From assembly GCA_965233855.1 (NCBI GenBank), contig OZ247586.1, positions 788,835 to 852,834 of the forward strand: a DNA stretch of 64,000 nucleotides, given 5' to 3'. Position numbers and translations under genes: made by a program. The notes beneath the pieces are model-generated. The model made no database searches. It had not been told where the DNA came from and worked only from the letters and a program-made list of their open reading frames with translations. Below, in pieces: positions 20,297-31,011 of the stretch. This DNA is from Rickettsiaceae bacterium. GTDB lineage: Bacteria > Pseudomonadota > Alphaproteobacteria > Rickettsiales > Rickettsiaceae. Every line of letters starts with the position of its first letter. The stretch's first letter is position 1.

Positions 20297-20581
20297 CTAA
20301 GTATATTCACAGATATCATTAACACAGACTTCTTTTAAATTAATTTTTTTAGATATATAATCATGGGAGTAATTAATTATGTCAAAAAATATACCTACTA
20401 GAGACACTTCAACTATTAGAAATTTAGAAAAGTCCACAGATGCACTAAGAGATTTAGCAATGAACTGTGGAAAGCTTAGCAACTCCAGAGTTTCTTGCCT
20501 TTCTGCAAGCGCAAAACTGCAAATATTTGAAAGAAACTGAGCTAACTGGTGATACAGAGAGTCCTTCAGAATAAGTTCCAA
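20297..20581 (-). CDS. Hypothetical protein (TTG start in the ORF track)
   Basis: 94-aa ORF with no motif. Convergent with nadA. Confidence 0.3.
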   Translation of the reverse strand: MELILKDSLYHQLAQFLSNICSFALAERQETLELLSFPQFIAKSLSASVDFSKFLIVEVSLVGIFFDIINYSHDYISKKINLKEVCVNDICEYT

Positions 20582-21614
20582 GGTAAAATTCTACACCTAA
20601 AATTGCCGAATAAATCACCTATAATAATTTTACAATATATTAATATTGCATTTAATATAATGAATATGTTAACTTAATATTAGGGAAAAGTTGTTGTAGG
20701 TAATTTTGTTATGCAAGATAACATTCTATGCTGGGAGGTCCTATGGGGGGAGTTCTTAGCCAATTAAGACAAGATACAGAAACCAAATCATTATATTACT
20801 TCTTTAGGAAGTGTTTTATAGTACTTAGAAATCCACCATTAAAACTAGACATCAGAAAAACCAAAGAACTACTATTTAAAGTATTAGATGAAGATGAAAT
20901 AGATGATATTTTACCTGAAATCAATGCATTACTTAGCATCAAACAAAATTATGAGTTTTTTGTTTCTCATCCAGCGATAACTAGATTGATGGAATGTTTT
21001 AGGAAATCAGAGAGTAATTTAAACCACTTAACGATTGGACATATGGCAGCCTTAGAAGGAGACACTTTTCTTATGGACAAGCTTTTAACTTATGAAATTA
21101 TACCAGAATTTACAACCACAAAAGATAATACAGGAAAAACTCCTCTACATCATGCTAGCAAATCTGGTAATAACAAGATAATAGACCAACTCCTGAACAC
21201 TGCAGCATCAAAAATAGAAGAAATTTATCAATACGCAAGATAATTCTGGCAAAACTGCTCTTCATCTTGCAGCATTTGATAATAAAAAGAATGCAGCTTC
21301 TAAACTAATCAGAAAAGGGGCTGATATTGATATAAAAGACGTAAATGGATATAAACCCATTCATTTAGCGCTGCTAAAAAAACTGACTCCAATGGTAAAG
21401 ATACTAGAAAGTTAAGGAGCAGATATTCATGAACCTCTTAATGGTAAACCACTAGTTTTAATGGCTTACGATGATGGAGATATAGAATTGCTAAATTATT
21501 TACTCAATATGAAAATAGATATCAGCACTACTCATGATGGAACAACTTTGATACATAGAATATGCACTGATAAAAATGCAAAATTACTCAAAAAAGTGAT
21601 TAACTTATATAATG

Positions 21615-22846
21615 TGTAAAGCTTCAAATTTAATCTGACAGAGTGGTAAAAAGAGAGTAATATATTTAGTAGTTGAATATATTGCATTTAACCACTCAAA
21701 CAAGAGATTAAAAATGAGTCAATTAGAAAAAATCATCAAACCCAAATTAGGACTTTTAGAATTAGCGAAACAGCTTGGTAATGTAAGTCAAGCGTGTAAC
21801 GTTATGGGATATTCAAGGGATACCTTTTATCGTTTTAAAGAATTATATGAAAATGGTGGGGAAGCTGCTCTACAGGAAATCAGCCGCAAGAAACCTATCA
21901 TGAAAAACAGAGTACCTTCTGATGTAGAACAAGCCGTCATAGATCTTGCTATTTCAAACCCTGCTTTAGGGCAATTACGAGCTAGTAATGAGCTGAAGCA
22001 ACAAGGTGTTTTAATATCAAGTAGTGGAGTTCGTTCTATTTGGTTGCGTAATGATTTAGAGACAATGCGTAAGCGTCTAAAAGCCTTAGAAGCTAAATCA
22101 GCGCAAGATGGTATGATATTAACTGAAGAACAGCTAGCAGCTCTTGAGCGGGCTAAAGCTAGCAAAGTAGCTCACGGTGAAATCGAGACTGAGCATCCTG
22201 GGTATCTTGGTTCACAAGATACTTACTATGTAGGTAATATGAAGGGGGTTGGAAAAATTTACCAACAAACTTTTGTTGATACATATTCTAAAGTGGCGCA
22301 AGTAAAACTTTATACTGAGAAATCAGCTATTACTGCAGCTGATATACTAAATGATAGAGTGCTGCCATTTTATACAGAACAAGGCCTTAGCATGTTTCGT
22401 ATACTCACTGATCGCGGTACTGAATATTGTGGTAAACCTGAACATCATGCCTATCAACTTTATTTAGGAATTGAGAATATTGATCACACAAAAACAAAGG
22501 TTCGTAGTCCGCAAACTAACGGTATTTGCTAGAGGTTCCATAGAACTATGAAACAAGAGTTTTATGATATAGCATTTCGCAAAAGAATATACGGCTCTGT
22601 AGAAGAGTTACAAATTGATGTTGATTTATGGATTAATAAGTACAATACTCAAAGAACACATTCAGGAAAGCATTGTTATGGAAAAACACCTATGCAAACC
22701 TTTCTTGATTCAAAACATATTGCTTTGGATAAGAATATTCCTAGCTACGTGAATGAGTGTCAGACACATGATACTCAGAACTTATCTGACAGTAATTATG
22801 CTGTATGATAAGTAGCTATCTGTCAGATTAAGTGTAGAGTTTTATA
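21615..22846 (+). mobile_element. IS481-family insertion sequence (~1.23 kb)
   Basis: Left inverted repeat TGTAAAGCTTCAAATTTAATCTGACAGAG (21615-21643). Reverse complement of the right end, TATAAAACTCTACACTTAATCTGACAGAT (22818-22846), matches it at about 22/28 positions. Direct repeat TATAATG at 21608-21614 and 22847-22853. Confidence 0.85.
21714..22808 (+). pseudogene. IS481-family DDE transposase with one in-frame TAG
   Basis: ORFs 21714-22532 and 22548-22808 are in the same frame, separated only by TAG at 22530-22532. The sequence reads [19 protein letters not shown] where the family has TNG..ERFH. An HTH N-terminus and LTDRGTEY block are present. Confidence 0.85.
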
Positions 22847-23256
22847 TATAATGAATACAGAGAAAAAACTGTAGATGATGAACCAATAAATATCTTCGAA
22901 CAAGAAAACAACTCTCATCAAACAGCTTTTAGGATCGCCTACGAAAACAACTTTTATTCAGGAATGAGGTTATTATCAAAAATAGGAGCTGATGTAGATC
23001 ATAAAATTGATGGAAACACAGCGCTACATGAAGCGTGCGTATCTGGCCAGTTCAAAATGGCTAGATCGCTCTTAATACTAGGAGCTGATCCAACAATCCT
23101 AAATTCAGATGGATTAAATTGCCTCGATATCGCTACAAGCATTGTTCATACCGACATATCTAAACTAATTAGACCTTACATTGCAGAAGAAATCATAGTA
23201 TTTGAAGTTGATGCAATCGGAATCGTTGCTGACCAAGAAACAACATCAAGCGATCA

Positions 23257-24033
23257 TTAATGATCCAAATAACGACTTGCCCAAGCAGCTAGTACTGATG
23301 CAACATATTTACTATCAGCTGGACTTTTCATTAATAGATGATCAGCCTTATCAAGCGAAATAAAGCTCTTTGGATGTTTGGCTAATTCGTATATTCTCTG
23401 AGCATTTTCAATGCCAACAGTTTGATCAACAGGAGAATGCATAACAAGAAGAGCTCTCTTTAAATTAGCTATTTTACTGGGCATGTCCTGATTGCAAATA
23501 TCATCTAAAAATTGCTTTCTAATATTAAATTTCTGCCCACCCAGCATCACCACTGCTTCACCCTTCTCATTTATTTCATCAATATGACTAGCAAAATTAT
23601 GCTTAACATGAGCTGTATCACAAGGCGATCCAATTGTAGCCACAGCTTTAATTTCAGGTATTGAAGAAGCTGCAGCAATCGCCGCTGTTCCACCTAAGCT
23701 ATGTCCCACAACAATTTGGGGCGCTTCATAATTTTCACGCATAAATTCAGCTGCAGCAATCAAATCATTTACATTTGAAGTAAAGTTAGAATTTGCAAAA
23801 TCTCCACCACTTGCCCCAAGCCCAGTATAATCAAAACGAAATAATGCAATATTAGCTTGGTTTAGCGCCCTTGATATACGACCCAGGGCACTAATATCTT
23901 TATTTCCCGTAAAGTAATGAGCAAACAATACATATGCTTCTGGATTCTCTGGTGAATCTAATCGAGCGACTAGATCGTCTCCTAGCGACCCTTTAAAAAC
24001 TAATTTATTACTTACTACTATGCGTTTTGTCAT
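23257..24033 (-). CDS. Alpha/beta-fold hydrolase
   Basis: Nucleophile elbow GHSLGG, with a downstream D and H (SPVDQ, ADHLL) in the usual order. 258 aa. Confidence 0.75.
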   Translation of the reverse strand: MTKRIVVSNKLVFKGSLGDDLVARLDSPENPEAYVLFAHYFTGNKDISALGRISRALNQANIALFRFDYTGLGASGGDFANSNFTSNVNDLIAAAEFMRENYEAPQIVVGHSLGGTAAIAAASSIPEIKAVATIGSPCDTAHVKHNFASHIDEINEKGEAVVMLGGQKFNIRKQFLDDICNQDMPSKIANLKRALLVMHSPVDQTVGIENAQRIYELAKHPKSFISLDKADHLLMKSPADSKYVASVLAAWASRYLDH

Positions 24034-24290
24034 CTTGGTTAGGATTTTTATTTAAATTAACTTATGTATTCTATATTTTATCCGCTCATCGGTCAATAAA
24101 ACTATGCGGACTTTCAAACTAATTCACTTATTTACACTACATTATCTAACATATAAAATTTTAAAGTAATCATCATTTATATAAAGTCACCCACCTTCCA
24201 TTCTTAACTAAAAATTAACTTATAAGGATTAGACTTAAATTATGGGATCGGTATGTACGTAACTTTAAACTACTGTATACGGAGGACATT

Positions 24291-24467
24291 ATGACTATAA
24301 TTCTTGGATTAATGGCGGTAACTACAGCTACTTTGCTAGTATTTTCAGACAAAATTATTGGATATTATATACCAGAAGGTGGGATAGCACAATTATCTGA
24401 TGAAGTTGATGATGTAATAGTAATGATTGATGATCAGAATGATCAACTTATGCAAGAGCAAAGGTGA
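24291..24467 (+). CDS. Hypothetical small membrane-anchored protein (58 aa, below the ORF-track cutoff)
   Basis: ggagga SD 5 nt before the ATG. MTIILGLMAVTTATLLVFS hydrophobic N-terminus, then an acidic tail SDEVDDVIVMIDDQNDQLMQEQR. Confidence 0.35.
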   Translation: MTIILGLMAVTTATLLVFSDKIIGYYIPEGGIAQLSDEVDDVIVMIDDQNDQLMQEQR

Positions 24468-24537
24468 TTTATTTTTTTCTTGCTACAACATCATAAACAT
24501 CCCAATGGGTCTTCTTACCATTAGTATCAAACTTATC

Positions 24538-25137
24538 TTATACTCTATGTATAAAATATAATATCTCAAATCTGTTCTTGTACATCAGACTCCTAAGCTC
24601 TTTCTCTGTAATAGAAAAGGCGACTTGGCTCTTGACAAAATCATGAGATTCGCCAAAAAAGTTTAGAGCAATTAAAGTATTTTTCTTACTATATAACGAC
24701 ATATGACGAACTAGCTTAAAAACATCTTTCTTATCACCAAAAGGCAGCGCAAAAAAAGAAAAGAAATAATCATATTTCCCGCGCATTCTTTCATTCCCAA
24801 AACTACGATTTTGAAACGAAAATTGACCATGATGCATTTTAGCTCTCTCTGAAATAACCTCACCCGAAATTGGATTTATATCAGAAGATGTAACATTCCA
24901 TCCTTTTCTGATAAGATCAATTTCTGGATTACCTGGCCCAGAACCAAAAGAAAAAGCTCTACAATTTGGACATTGATTTGGAAAAAGAGTTTGCACTTTG
25001 TCATGCAAATAATAATTATGACTTCCTATTTTAGAAAAGATATAATTTTTCCATAATTCTCTATTCTTATTGTCTTTTGCATAAACATTTACTGAAATAC
25101 AAAATAAGATACCAACTAATAAAACTATATTTTTCAC
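24538..25137 (-). CDS. TehB-like SAM-methyltransferase-fold protein with an N-terminal signal peptide
   Basis: MKNIVLLVGILFCISVNVYA signal-like segment. AFSFGSGPGNPEIDLIRKGWNVTSSDINPIS aligns by eye with E. coli TehB [21 protein letters not shown].A.DKN. Length and C-terminal layout are also TehB-like. Confidence 0.55.
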   Translation of the reverse strand: MKNIVLLVGILFCISVNVYAKDNKNRELWKNYIFSKIGSHNYYLHDKVQTLFPNQCPNCRAFSFGSGPGNPEIDLIRKGWNVTSSDINPISGEVISERAKMHHGQFSFQNRSFGNERMRGKYDYFFSFFALPFGDKKDVFKLVRHMSLYSKKNTLIALNFFGESHDFVKSQVAFSITEKELRSLMYKNRFEILYFIHRV

Positions 25138-25141
25138 AAAA

Positions 25142-26902
25142 TTATCCTTCTATAATCGCATCTTTTAACTGTAATTGTACAGTTTCTCTCTCTTGCCAAC
25201 TATTCACTTTCAAAGTTCCAAACACTGATAAACTATGAGACTTGCGCGATAATATCACATCACCTAACTCTGTTCCAACTATATTAAATGCGATTGCCGT
25301 AAGAGGTTTGGACCCATATGATTCTCTCGAAGGTGCAAATATAATTCTTATATGTTTTTCAGCTACAATATCTGCTCGCAGTACATATACATTAGAAAAC
25401 CTAAATATTGGAGCTGGATTACCCATACCAAAAGGTTCCATCACATTAATCTCTGAAATTAACTCTAGTGTTGCAGCTGATGTTGTTAGATCAGTTGTAT
25501 AATTTTCATATAAATGAATATCTGAATCTGCCATCGTTTTTCTAAATTCATTATTTAAAAATTCTTGCAAAGCATCCAGCTTATCAACTTCAACAGTGAA
25601 TCCAGCAGCCATCGCATGCCCACCTCCTGCAACAAGTAATTTTTTTTGCTTAGCCCCAATAACTTTAAAACCAAAATCAGCACCTTTCACAGACCTACAT
25701 GATGCTTTTCCAAATCCATCATTAATAGCAATTACAGCAGTTGGTTTATTATATTTTTCCTTAAGCCTCCCAGCAATAATTCCAATTACTCCAGGGTGCC
25801 ACCCTTCTCCCGCAACAAATAACATTGGATTATTTTCTTGCTCCTTAGCTATTTCCATAGCTTCTTCAAGCATAGTAAGTTCAATAACTTTTCTTTCTTG
25901 ATTATACATATCAAGTTCTTGAGCTATTCTAATTGCATCTGACGCGGATGAAGTAGATAATAAATTTGCTCCAAGTGAAGATTTTCCAACTCTTCCTCCA
26001 GCATTTATTCTAGGACCTAGAATAAAACCTAAGTGATAACAATTAATTGCCTCCTGAATATTTGACACGTCGCATAGGGTTTTATAGCCTAGATTTCCCC
26101 TAGCTCTTGCAACTTTTAAACCTTGCGCAACAAAAGCTCTATTTAAGCCAGTTAACTGCATAACGTCACAAACAGTACCGAGCGCCACTATATCAAGCTG
26201 ACTAATAAGATTTGGTAGTTTTACATTTTGCTTTAAAAAGAAATTATCTTCTCTAAGCTTCGAAACAAGTGCAACAAGAAAAAGAAAAGAAACTCCCACC
26301 GCTGCTAGATTTTTACATTCACTAGTCTCATCGAGCCTGTTGGGGTTTATTACTGCAACCGCCTTTGGCAGATCATCCATGCTAATATGATGATCAATCA
26401 CTATTACATCCATCCCAAGACTTGATGCAAATTCAAGCGCTTCAAATGCAACAGATCCACAATCAACAGTGATTATTAAGGATGCCCCAGAGTCTTTAAT
26501 CTTTTGCATTCCAGTTTTAGTTGGCCCATACCCCTCCACAATACGATCTGGTACATATATATCTGAATCAACATTAATTTGTTTTAATATATTCTTGATC
26601 AAAGCAGAAGAAGTAGCGCCATCAACATCATAATCTGCAAAAATACAAATTTTTTCTTTTGATTCAATGGCTTGAATCAAGCGATTAACTGCCAAATCCA
26701 TATCTTTCAAATGAAACGGATCTGGTAATTGAGATTTAATTTTGGGATCTAAATATTTTTCAGCAGATTCAATTGAATCTACTCTAGTTGATAACATTTT
26801 AGATAGAAAGTCGCTAATTCCTAAAGTACGACCAATTTCTGAGATAAAACCTTCATCAGAAGGAGTGGCAAACCAATATTTTCCTAAAACTGATTTGCTC
26901 AC
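25142..26902 (-). CDS. recJ: Single-stranded-DNA-specific exonuclease RecJ
   Basis: DHH-family motifs (FADYDVDGATS, ITVDCGS, VIVIDHH) and DHHA1 GGGHAMAAG. 586 aa. Confidence 0.93.
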   Translation of the reverse strand: MSKSVLGKYWFATPSDEGFISEIGRTLGISDFLSKMLSTRVDSIESAEKYLDPKIKSQLPDPFHLKDMDLAVNRLIQAIESKEKICIFADYDVDGATSSALIKNILKQINVDSDIYVPDRIVEGYGPTKTGMQKIKDSGASLIITVDCGSVAFEALEFASSLGMDVIVIDHHISMDDLPKAVAVINPNRLDETSECKNLAAVGVSFLFLVALVSKLREDNFFLKQNVKLPNLISQLDIVALGTVCDVMQLTGLNRAFVAQGLKVARARGNLGYKTLCDVSNIQEAINCYHLGFILGPRINAGGRVGKSSLGANLLSTSSASDAIRIAQELDMYNQERKVIELTMLEEAMEIAKEQENNPMLFVAGEGWHPGVIGIIAGRLKEKYNKPTAVIAINDGFGKASCRSVKGADFGFKVIGAKQKKLLVAGGGHAMAAGFTVEVDKLDALQEFLNNEFRKTMADSDIHLYENYTTDLTTSAATLELISEINVMEPFGMGNPAPIFRFSNVYVLRADIVAEKHIRIIFAPSRESYGSKPLTAIAFNIVGTELGDVILSRKSHSLSVFGTLKVNSWQERETVQLQLKDAIIEG

Positions 26903-26930
26903 TTCAATTTATACCATAAATATTTAAATA

Positions 26931-28265
26931 TTATCCTAACATAGGTGCAAACTTCACCTTCTTCTTAAGCAGAAGCAAAGCACCCGCATCTTCAAATACT
27001 GGCAAAATTCTATTCACTTCGCCAATAAATTCACTGTCAGTAACCTTCTTACCCATATCCTTACTAATAGCATCTTGAATTTCTTTTAAAGTTTTATCAT
27101 CACTAATCATATTTCTAAAGAAATGCTCAGTATATTTTGAAATCGGCAAACCAATTGTTGTATCACCAAGCAAATCTGATTTCCAAGAAAAATTCATTTT
27201 AGCTCCAACGATCTGGGGATTATCTCTGATATGTTCTGAAACTTGCGTAGGAACATTTGCAATAGTATAGAAATATGGAACATTAGTGAGATCAGTTAGT
27301 TTAGCTGCAACTTTCTTCTTCTTTGAAATATAAAAACTATGCTTAATAATTGAACCACATATTAACTCACAAATTGCATGCTGCTCTGATTTACCCAACT
27401 TCTTCAAACGTTTTAATAATTCCGGATCAGCAATATAATTCTCTAATTTCAAGACATATCTGCTATGAGCCGAGTTAAACTCGATAAAATTCATACCCGC
27501 TTTTTCTACGAATTCATATATTTCTGGAACAGTATATGCTCTATCTTGCTTATGTAAGAACATATCATACATACCAGAATCACCATGACTAATATGGTCT
27601 GCTAACAAATCTTTTCCACGATTATACCAATTTGTATTTGGCAAACCATTCATCACAGCCCAGCCATTTTTCACTTCCTCAGAACGTGATTTTATGCCTT
27701 TATTCACTCTTCTCATCAAGTCCTGGATCTGATACACACCAGTTCTGCCATATTGTGCATAAACCATTATATTCATTCCACCACGATCAGAAAGGACATC
27801 AGTTAAAGCTTTAAGACCATCATCTGGTGATTCAAGATGATGTAAAACCCCAGAACATTGGATATAATCAAATTTTCCAAGTTTAAGATTTGGCAAATTT
27901 AAAATACTATCATTAACCCATTTAATATTTTTTAGACCACGATTTTTAGCGCGTTCTTGCGCTAGTTTCATACTATTCTTACTAAAATCAAGATAAACGA
28001 TTTCTGCATCTGTATCTTTTAATTGCTCAGCCAAATAAACAGTAGAATCACCTGTTCCACCTCCTGCAATCAAAACCCTAAAACCCTTTTGAAAATCTTC
28101 TTTTCCATCAAACAACCAATGACTTATCTCGCCTAAATAATCCCCATAAATTTTCAAAATACGTTTTTTATCATCTTCAGGATCTCTATGCGGATATGGA
28201 TAATCAAGATAATGATCTTGTACTTGCTTTAGGTCTTTTGATTTAGCTGGTTTTTTCTTAGTCAT
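26931..28265 (-). CDS. Class I SAM-dependent methyltransferase, a distant paralog of the 12802-14373 gene
   Basis: DYPYPHRDPEDD N-terminus, motif I VLIAGGGTGDS, then GLKNIKW, GKFDYIQCSGVLHHL and YAQYGRTG blocks in the same order as in the 523-aa protein. Confidence 0.7.
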   Translation of the reverse strand: MTKKKPAKSKDLKQVQDHYLDYPYPHRDPEDDKKRILKIYGDYLGEISHWLFDGKEDFQKGFRVLIAGGGTGDSTVYLAEQLKDTDAEIVYLDFSKNSMKLAQERAKNRGLKNIKWVNDSILNLPNLKLGKFDYIQCSGVLHHLESPDDGLKALTDVLSDRGGMNIMVYAQYGRTGVYQIQDLMRRVNKGIKSRSEEVKNGWAVMNGLPNTNWYNRGKDLLADHISHGDSGMYDMFLHKQDRAYTVPEIYEFVEKAGMNFIEFNSAHSRYVLKLENYIADPELLKRLKKLGKSEQHAICELICGSIIKHSFYISKKKKVAAKLTDLTNVPYFYTIANVPTQVSEHIRDNPQIVGAKMNFSWKSDLLGDTTIGLPISKYTEHFFRNMISDDKTLKEIQDAISKDMGKKVTDSEFIGEVNRILPVFEDAGALLLLKKKVKFAPMLG

Positions 28266-28353
28266 AGTTTTTATAAATTATATTAAAATTCAACATTATA
28301 CTTCTATTGGAATTACTCAAAGGCGTCAACTATTTTTGCAATCTAATAAAAAT

Positions 28354-31011
28354 CTAAGACATATCTTTTAATTTATATAATACATCAAGCGCTTCTCGCG
28401 GAGATAACTTGTCAGGTTCAATTGCTACAAACTCATCATATAGTTTTTTATGCGTAGAATTTTCCATGGTTGAATTAAGCTCAAATAAATTCATATTATA
28501 AGACTCCTCTTTCATCATTTTTTTATTTGATTTAACAGCATCTTTTTCAAATTTCTCTAAAAGGCTTGTAGCTTTTTTAATTACAGATTCTGGCAAACCA
28601 GCCATTTCAGCAACATGCACACCATATGATTTATCAGCAGATCCTTTTTTAATTTTATGTAAGAATAAAACTTTTTCACCTGTATCATCAATTGCCACAG
28701 TGTAATTCTTTAACGCTGGCAGAGTTTCTTCCATTTTGGTAAGTTCGTGATAATGAGTAGCAAACAAACATCTAGCTCTAATTTTATCATGTACATATTC
28801 TAAAACCGACCAAGCAATAGCAACCCCATCATATGTAGATGTACCACGCCCCACCTCATCAAGAATAATCAGAGATTTATGAGTAGCTTGAGCCAAAATA
28901 GACGATGTTTCAAGCATCTCTAACATAAAAGTTGACTGCCCTTTGTTTAGATCATCACCTGCTCCAATTCTACTAAAAATCTTATCAAACATACCAATTT
29001 TTGCCGATTCAGCTGGAACAAAAGAACCTATTTGAGCTAAGATTGAAATAATTGCATTTTGTCTTAAATACGTGCTCTTACCAGCCATATTAGGACCAGT
29101 TAACAACCAAACTCTTCCATCAAACTCTAAATTGCAATCATTTCTAACAAAGTTTTCACGACTCTTTTTTAGCGATTTTTCAACAACAGGATGCCTACCA
29201 CCCTTAATCTCAAATATTATATCTTCACTTATCTCTGGCATAACATAATTATTTTCATCAGCAATATAAGCAAAGCTACAATACACATCTAATAGACTTA
29301 AAGATTCAGACATCTTGTAAAGCGCAATTTGATTATTAGAAATTTCTTCACATAGTTTATTATAAATTTCCTGCTCTAAACTAATTACCAAAATATTGGC
29401 GTTTACTATCTTACTTTCAAGCTCTTGTAATTCTGTTGTAGTATATCTAATTGAGTTTGCGGTTGTTTGGCGATGGATAAATTTCTCATCTAATATTTTA
29501 TTTGCGTGCCTTGCCGTAATATCAATAAAAAGACCTAGCACATTATTATTAGATATTTTTAATGTATCAATACCTGTATCTCTTCGATATTGAAAACGCA
29601 ATACTTCGACAGCTTCTTGGCTATTATTTATTAAACCATATAATTCCTTTACCTTTGGGTGGTATTCATGCTTAATAATGCCTCCATTATTAATAACATT
29701 TGGAGCATCATCCTTAATAGCAGAATCAATTAATTCATAAATTTCATTCAAACCAAGCAAAGGAGCTATTAATTTCTCAATATGCCCAGGAAGGCTTATC
29801 TCTTTCTGAGCAACAAATATTGCCCTAATTTCTTCGGCTATCTCTATAGTGTATTTTATACTAAGAAGGTCCTTTGGAGTACTACGCCCCATATTTAATC
29901 TGGTAATACACCTCTCTAGATCTCCGGTTTTTTTTAGTAACTTCCTAATGTCGCTTGTTAAGTTGATATCTTCATAAAAATATTTTGTTAACTCTAAGCG
30001 ATTATTAATTTCCACAAGGTCAATTAGAGGAGTTGACAAATATTTATATAATATTCTACTCCCAGCCTTAGTTACGCTACCATCGATACAATCAAATAAA
30101 CTTCCTCGCACACCTCCAGATGGCACTGCACAAATCTCAAGATTTCTACGAGTAGATGCGTCAATGGTCATGAATTTATGATAATTGAGAATCCTAGGCT
30201 TTGGTAATTTTGGAATATTTTCTTTTTGAGTAATTGAAATATATTCAATCACACTTCCGACTGCAGAAATTTGAATATCTTGCAGATCACCAATTGCACC
30301 TAAATCTTTGATTTGATAAAAGTCCAAAAGATTTTTACTGCATTTATTGACAGCAAAAAAACTATCTACTTGAAATGAAATTCGTATATCAAGAATCGAA
30401 CTAATTTGAGATGCTAATTCACTCGATCTATATTTTTCTGCTAATAAAATTTCTTTTGGAGTTAGCCTAGAAAGTTCATTAACTATCTGTCCTTCAGGTA
30501 TTGATATTACAGCAATTTCAGATGTTGATAAATCAATATAAGATAATGCTGCACTATTTTTTCCAATAGCAACACTTACTAAATAATTAGGAGCCCCTAC
30601 TTCCAGTAATGATTCTTCAATAATTGTTCCAGGCGTAATTATTCTTGTCACATCTCGATTTACTACCGCCTTGTATCCACCTCGCTTTTTTGCTTCTTCT
30701 GGGGTTTCAAGCTGATCGCAAATAGCTACTTTAAAGCCGTCTTCTAATAATTTGTTTAAGTAATTCTCAAGCGCATGATGTGGAACACCACACATCGAAA
30801 TCTCATCATCCCCTGTCTTACCTCTTTTAGTTAAGGCTATACCAAGAACTTGTGCTGCCGTTATAGCATCTTCATAAAATAATTCATAAAAATCACCCAT
30901 ACGAAATAAAAGCAGACAATCAATATTTGTAAATTTTACATCCAAAAATTGACGCATAACTGGTGTCGCTGCATCATACTTGTATTTTTCTTTAAACTGC
31001 TCGAGATGCAT
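28354..31011 (-). CDS. mutS: DNA mismatch repair protein MutS
   Basis: N-terminal TPVMRQFLDVK..FRMGDFYELF mismatch-binding block, Walker A GPNMAGKST, DEVGRGTSTYDG. 885 aa. Confidence 0.96.
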   Translation of the reverse strand: MHLEQFKEKYKYDAATPVMRQFLDVKFTNIDCLLLFRMGDFYELFYEDAITAAQVLGIALTKRGKTGDDEISMCGVPHHALENYLNKLLEDGFKVAICDQLETPEEAKKRGGYKAVVNRDVTRIITPGTIIEESLLEVGAPNYLVSVAIGKNSAALSYIDLSTSEIAVISIPEGQIVNELSRLTPKEILLAEKYRSSELASQISSILDIRISFQVDSFFAVNKCSKNLLDFYQIKDLGAIGDLQDIQISAVGSVIEYISITQKENIPKLPKPRILNYHKFMTIDASTRRNLEICAVPSGGVRGSLFDCIDGSVTKAGSRILYKYLSTPLIDLVEINNRLELTKYFYEDINLTSDIRKLLKKTGDLERCITRLNMGRSTPKDLLSIKYTIEIAEEIRAIFVAQKEISLPGHIEKLIAPLLGLNEIYELIDSAIKDDAPNVINNGGIIKHEYHPKVKELYGLINNSQEAVEVLRFQYRRDTGIDTLKISNNNVLGLFIDITARHANKILDEKFIHRQTTANSIRYTTTELQELESKIVNANILVISLEQEIYNKLCEEISNNQIALYKMSESLSLLDVYCSFAYIADENNYVMPEISEDIIFEIKGGRHPVVEKSLKKSRENFVRNDCNLEFDGRVWLLTGPNMAGKSTYLRQNAIISILAQIGSFVPAESAKIGMFDKIFSRIGAGDDLNKGQSTFMLEMLETSSILAQATHKSLIILDEVGRGTSTYDGVAIAWSVLEYVHDKIRARCLFATHYHELTKMEETLPALKNYTVAIDDTGEKVLFLHKIKKGSADKSYGVHVAEMAGLPESVIKKATSLLEKFEKDAVKSNKKMMKEESYNMNLFELNSTMENSTHKKLYDEFVAIEPDKLSPREALDVLYKLKDMS

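Larger units (their letters stand above)
20728..23260 (+). pseudogene. Ankyrin-repeat protein gene carrying a frameshift, a nonsense codon and an IS insertion
   Basis: ANK blocks GKTPLHHASKSGN, DNSGKTALHLAAF, NGYKPIHLAL, DGNTALHEACVSG, DGLNCLDIA. Frame 1 changes to frame 2 near 21207-21240. In-frame TAA at 21413-21415 (LES*GADIHE). IS at 21615-22846. The reading frame is continuous across the IS once the IS and one target-duplication copy are removed (..VINLYN|EYREKTVDDEP..). Confidence 0.85.
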
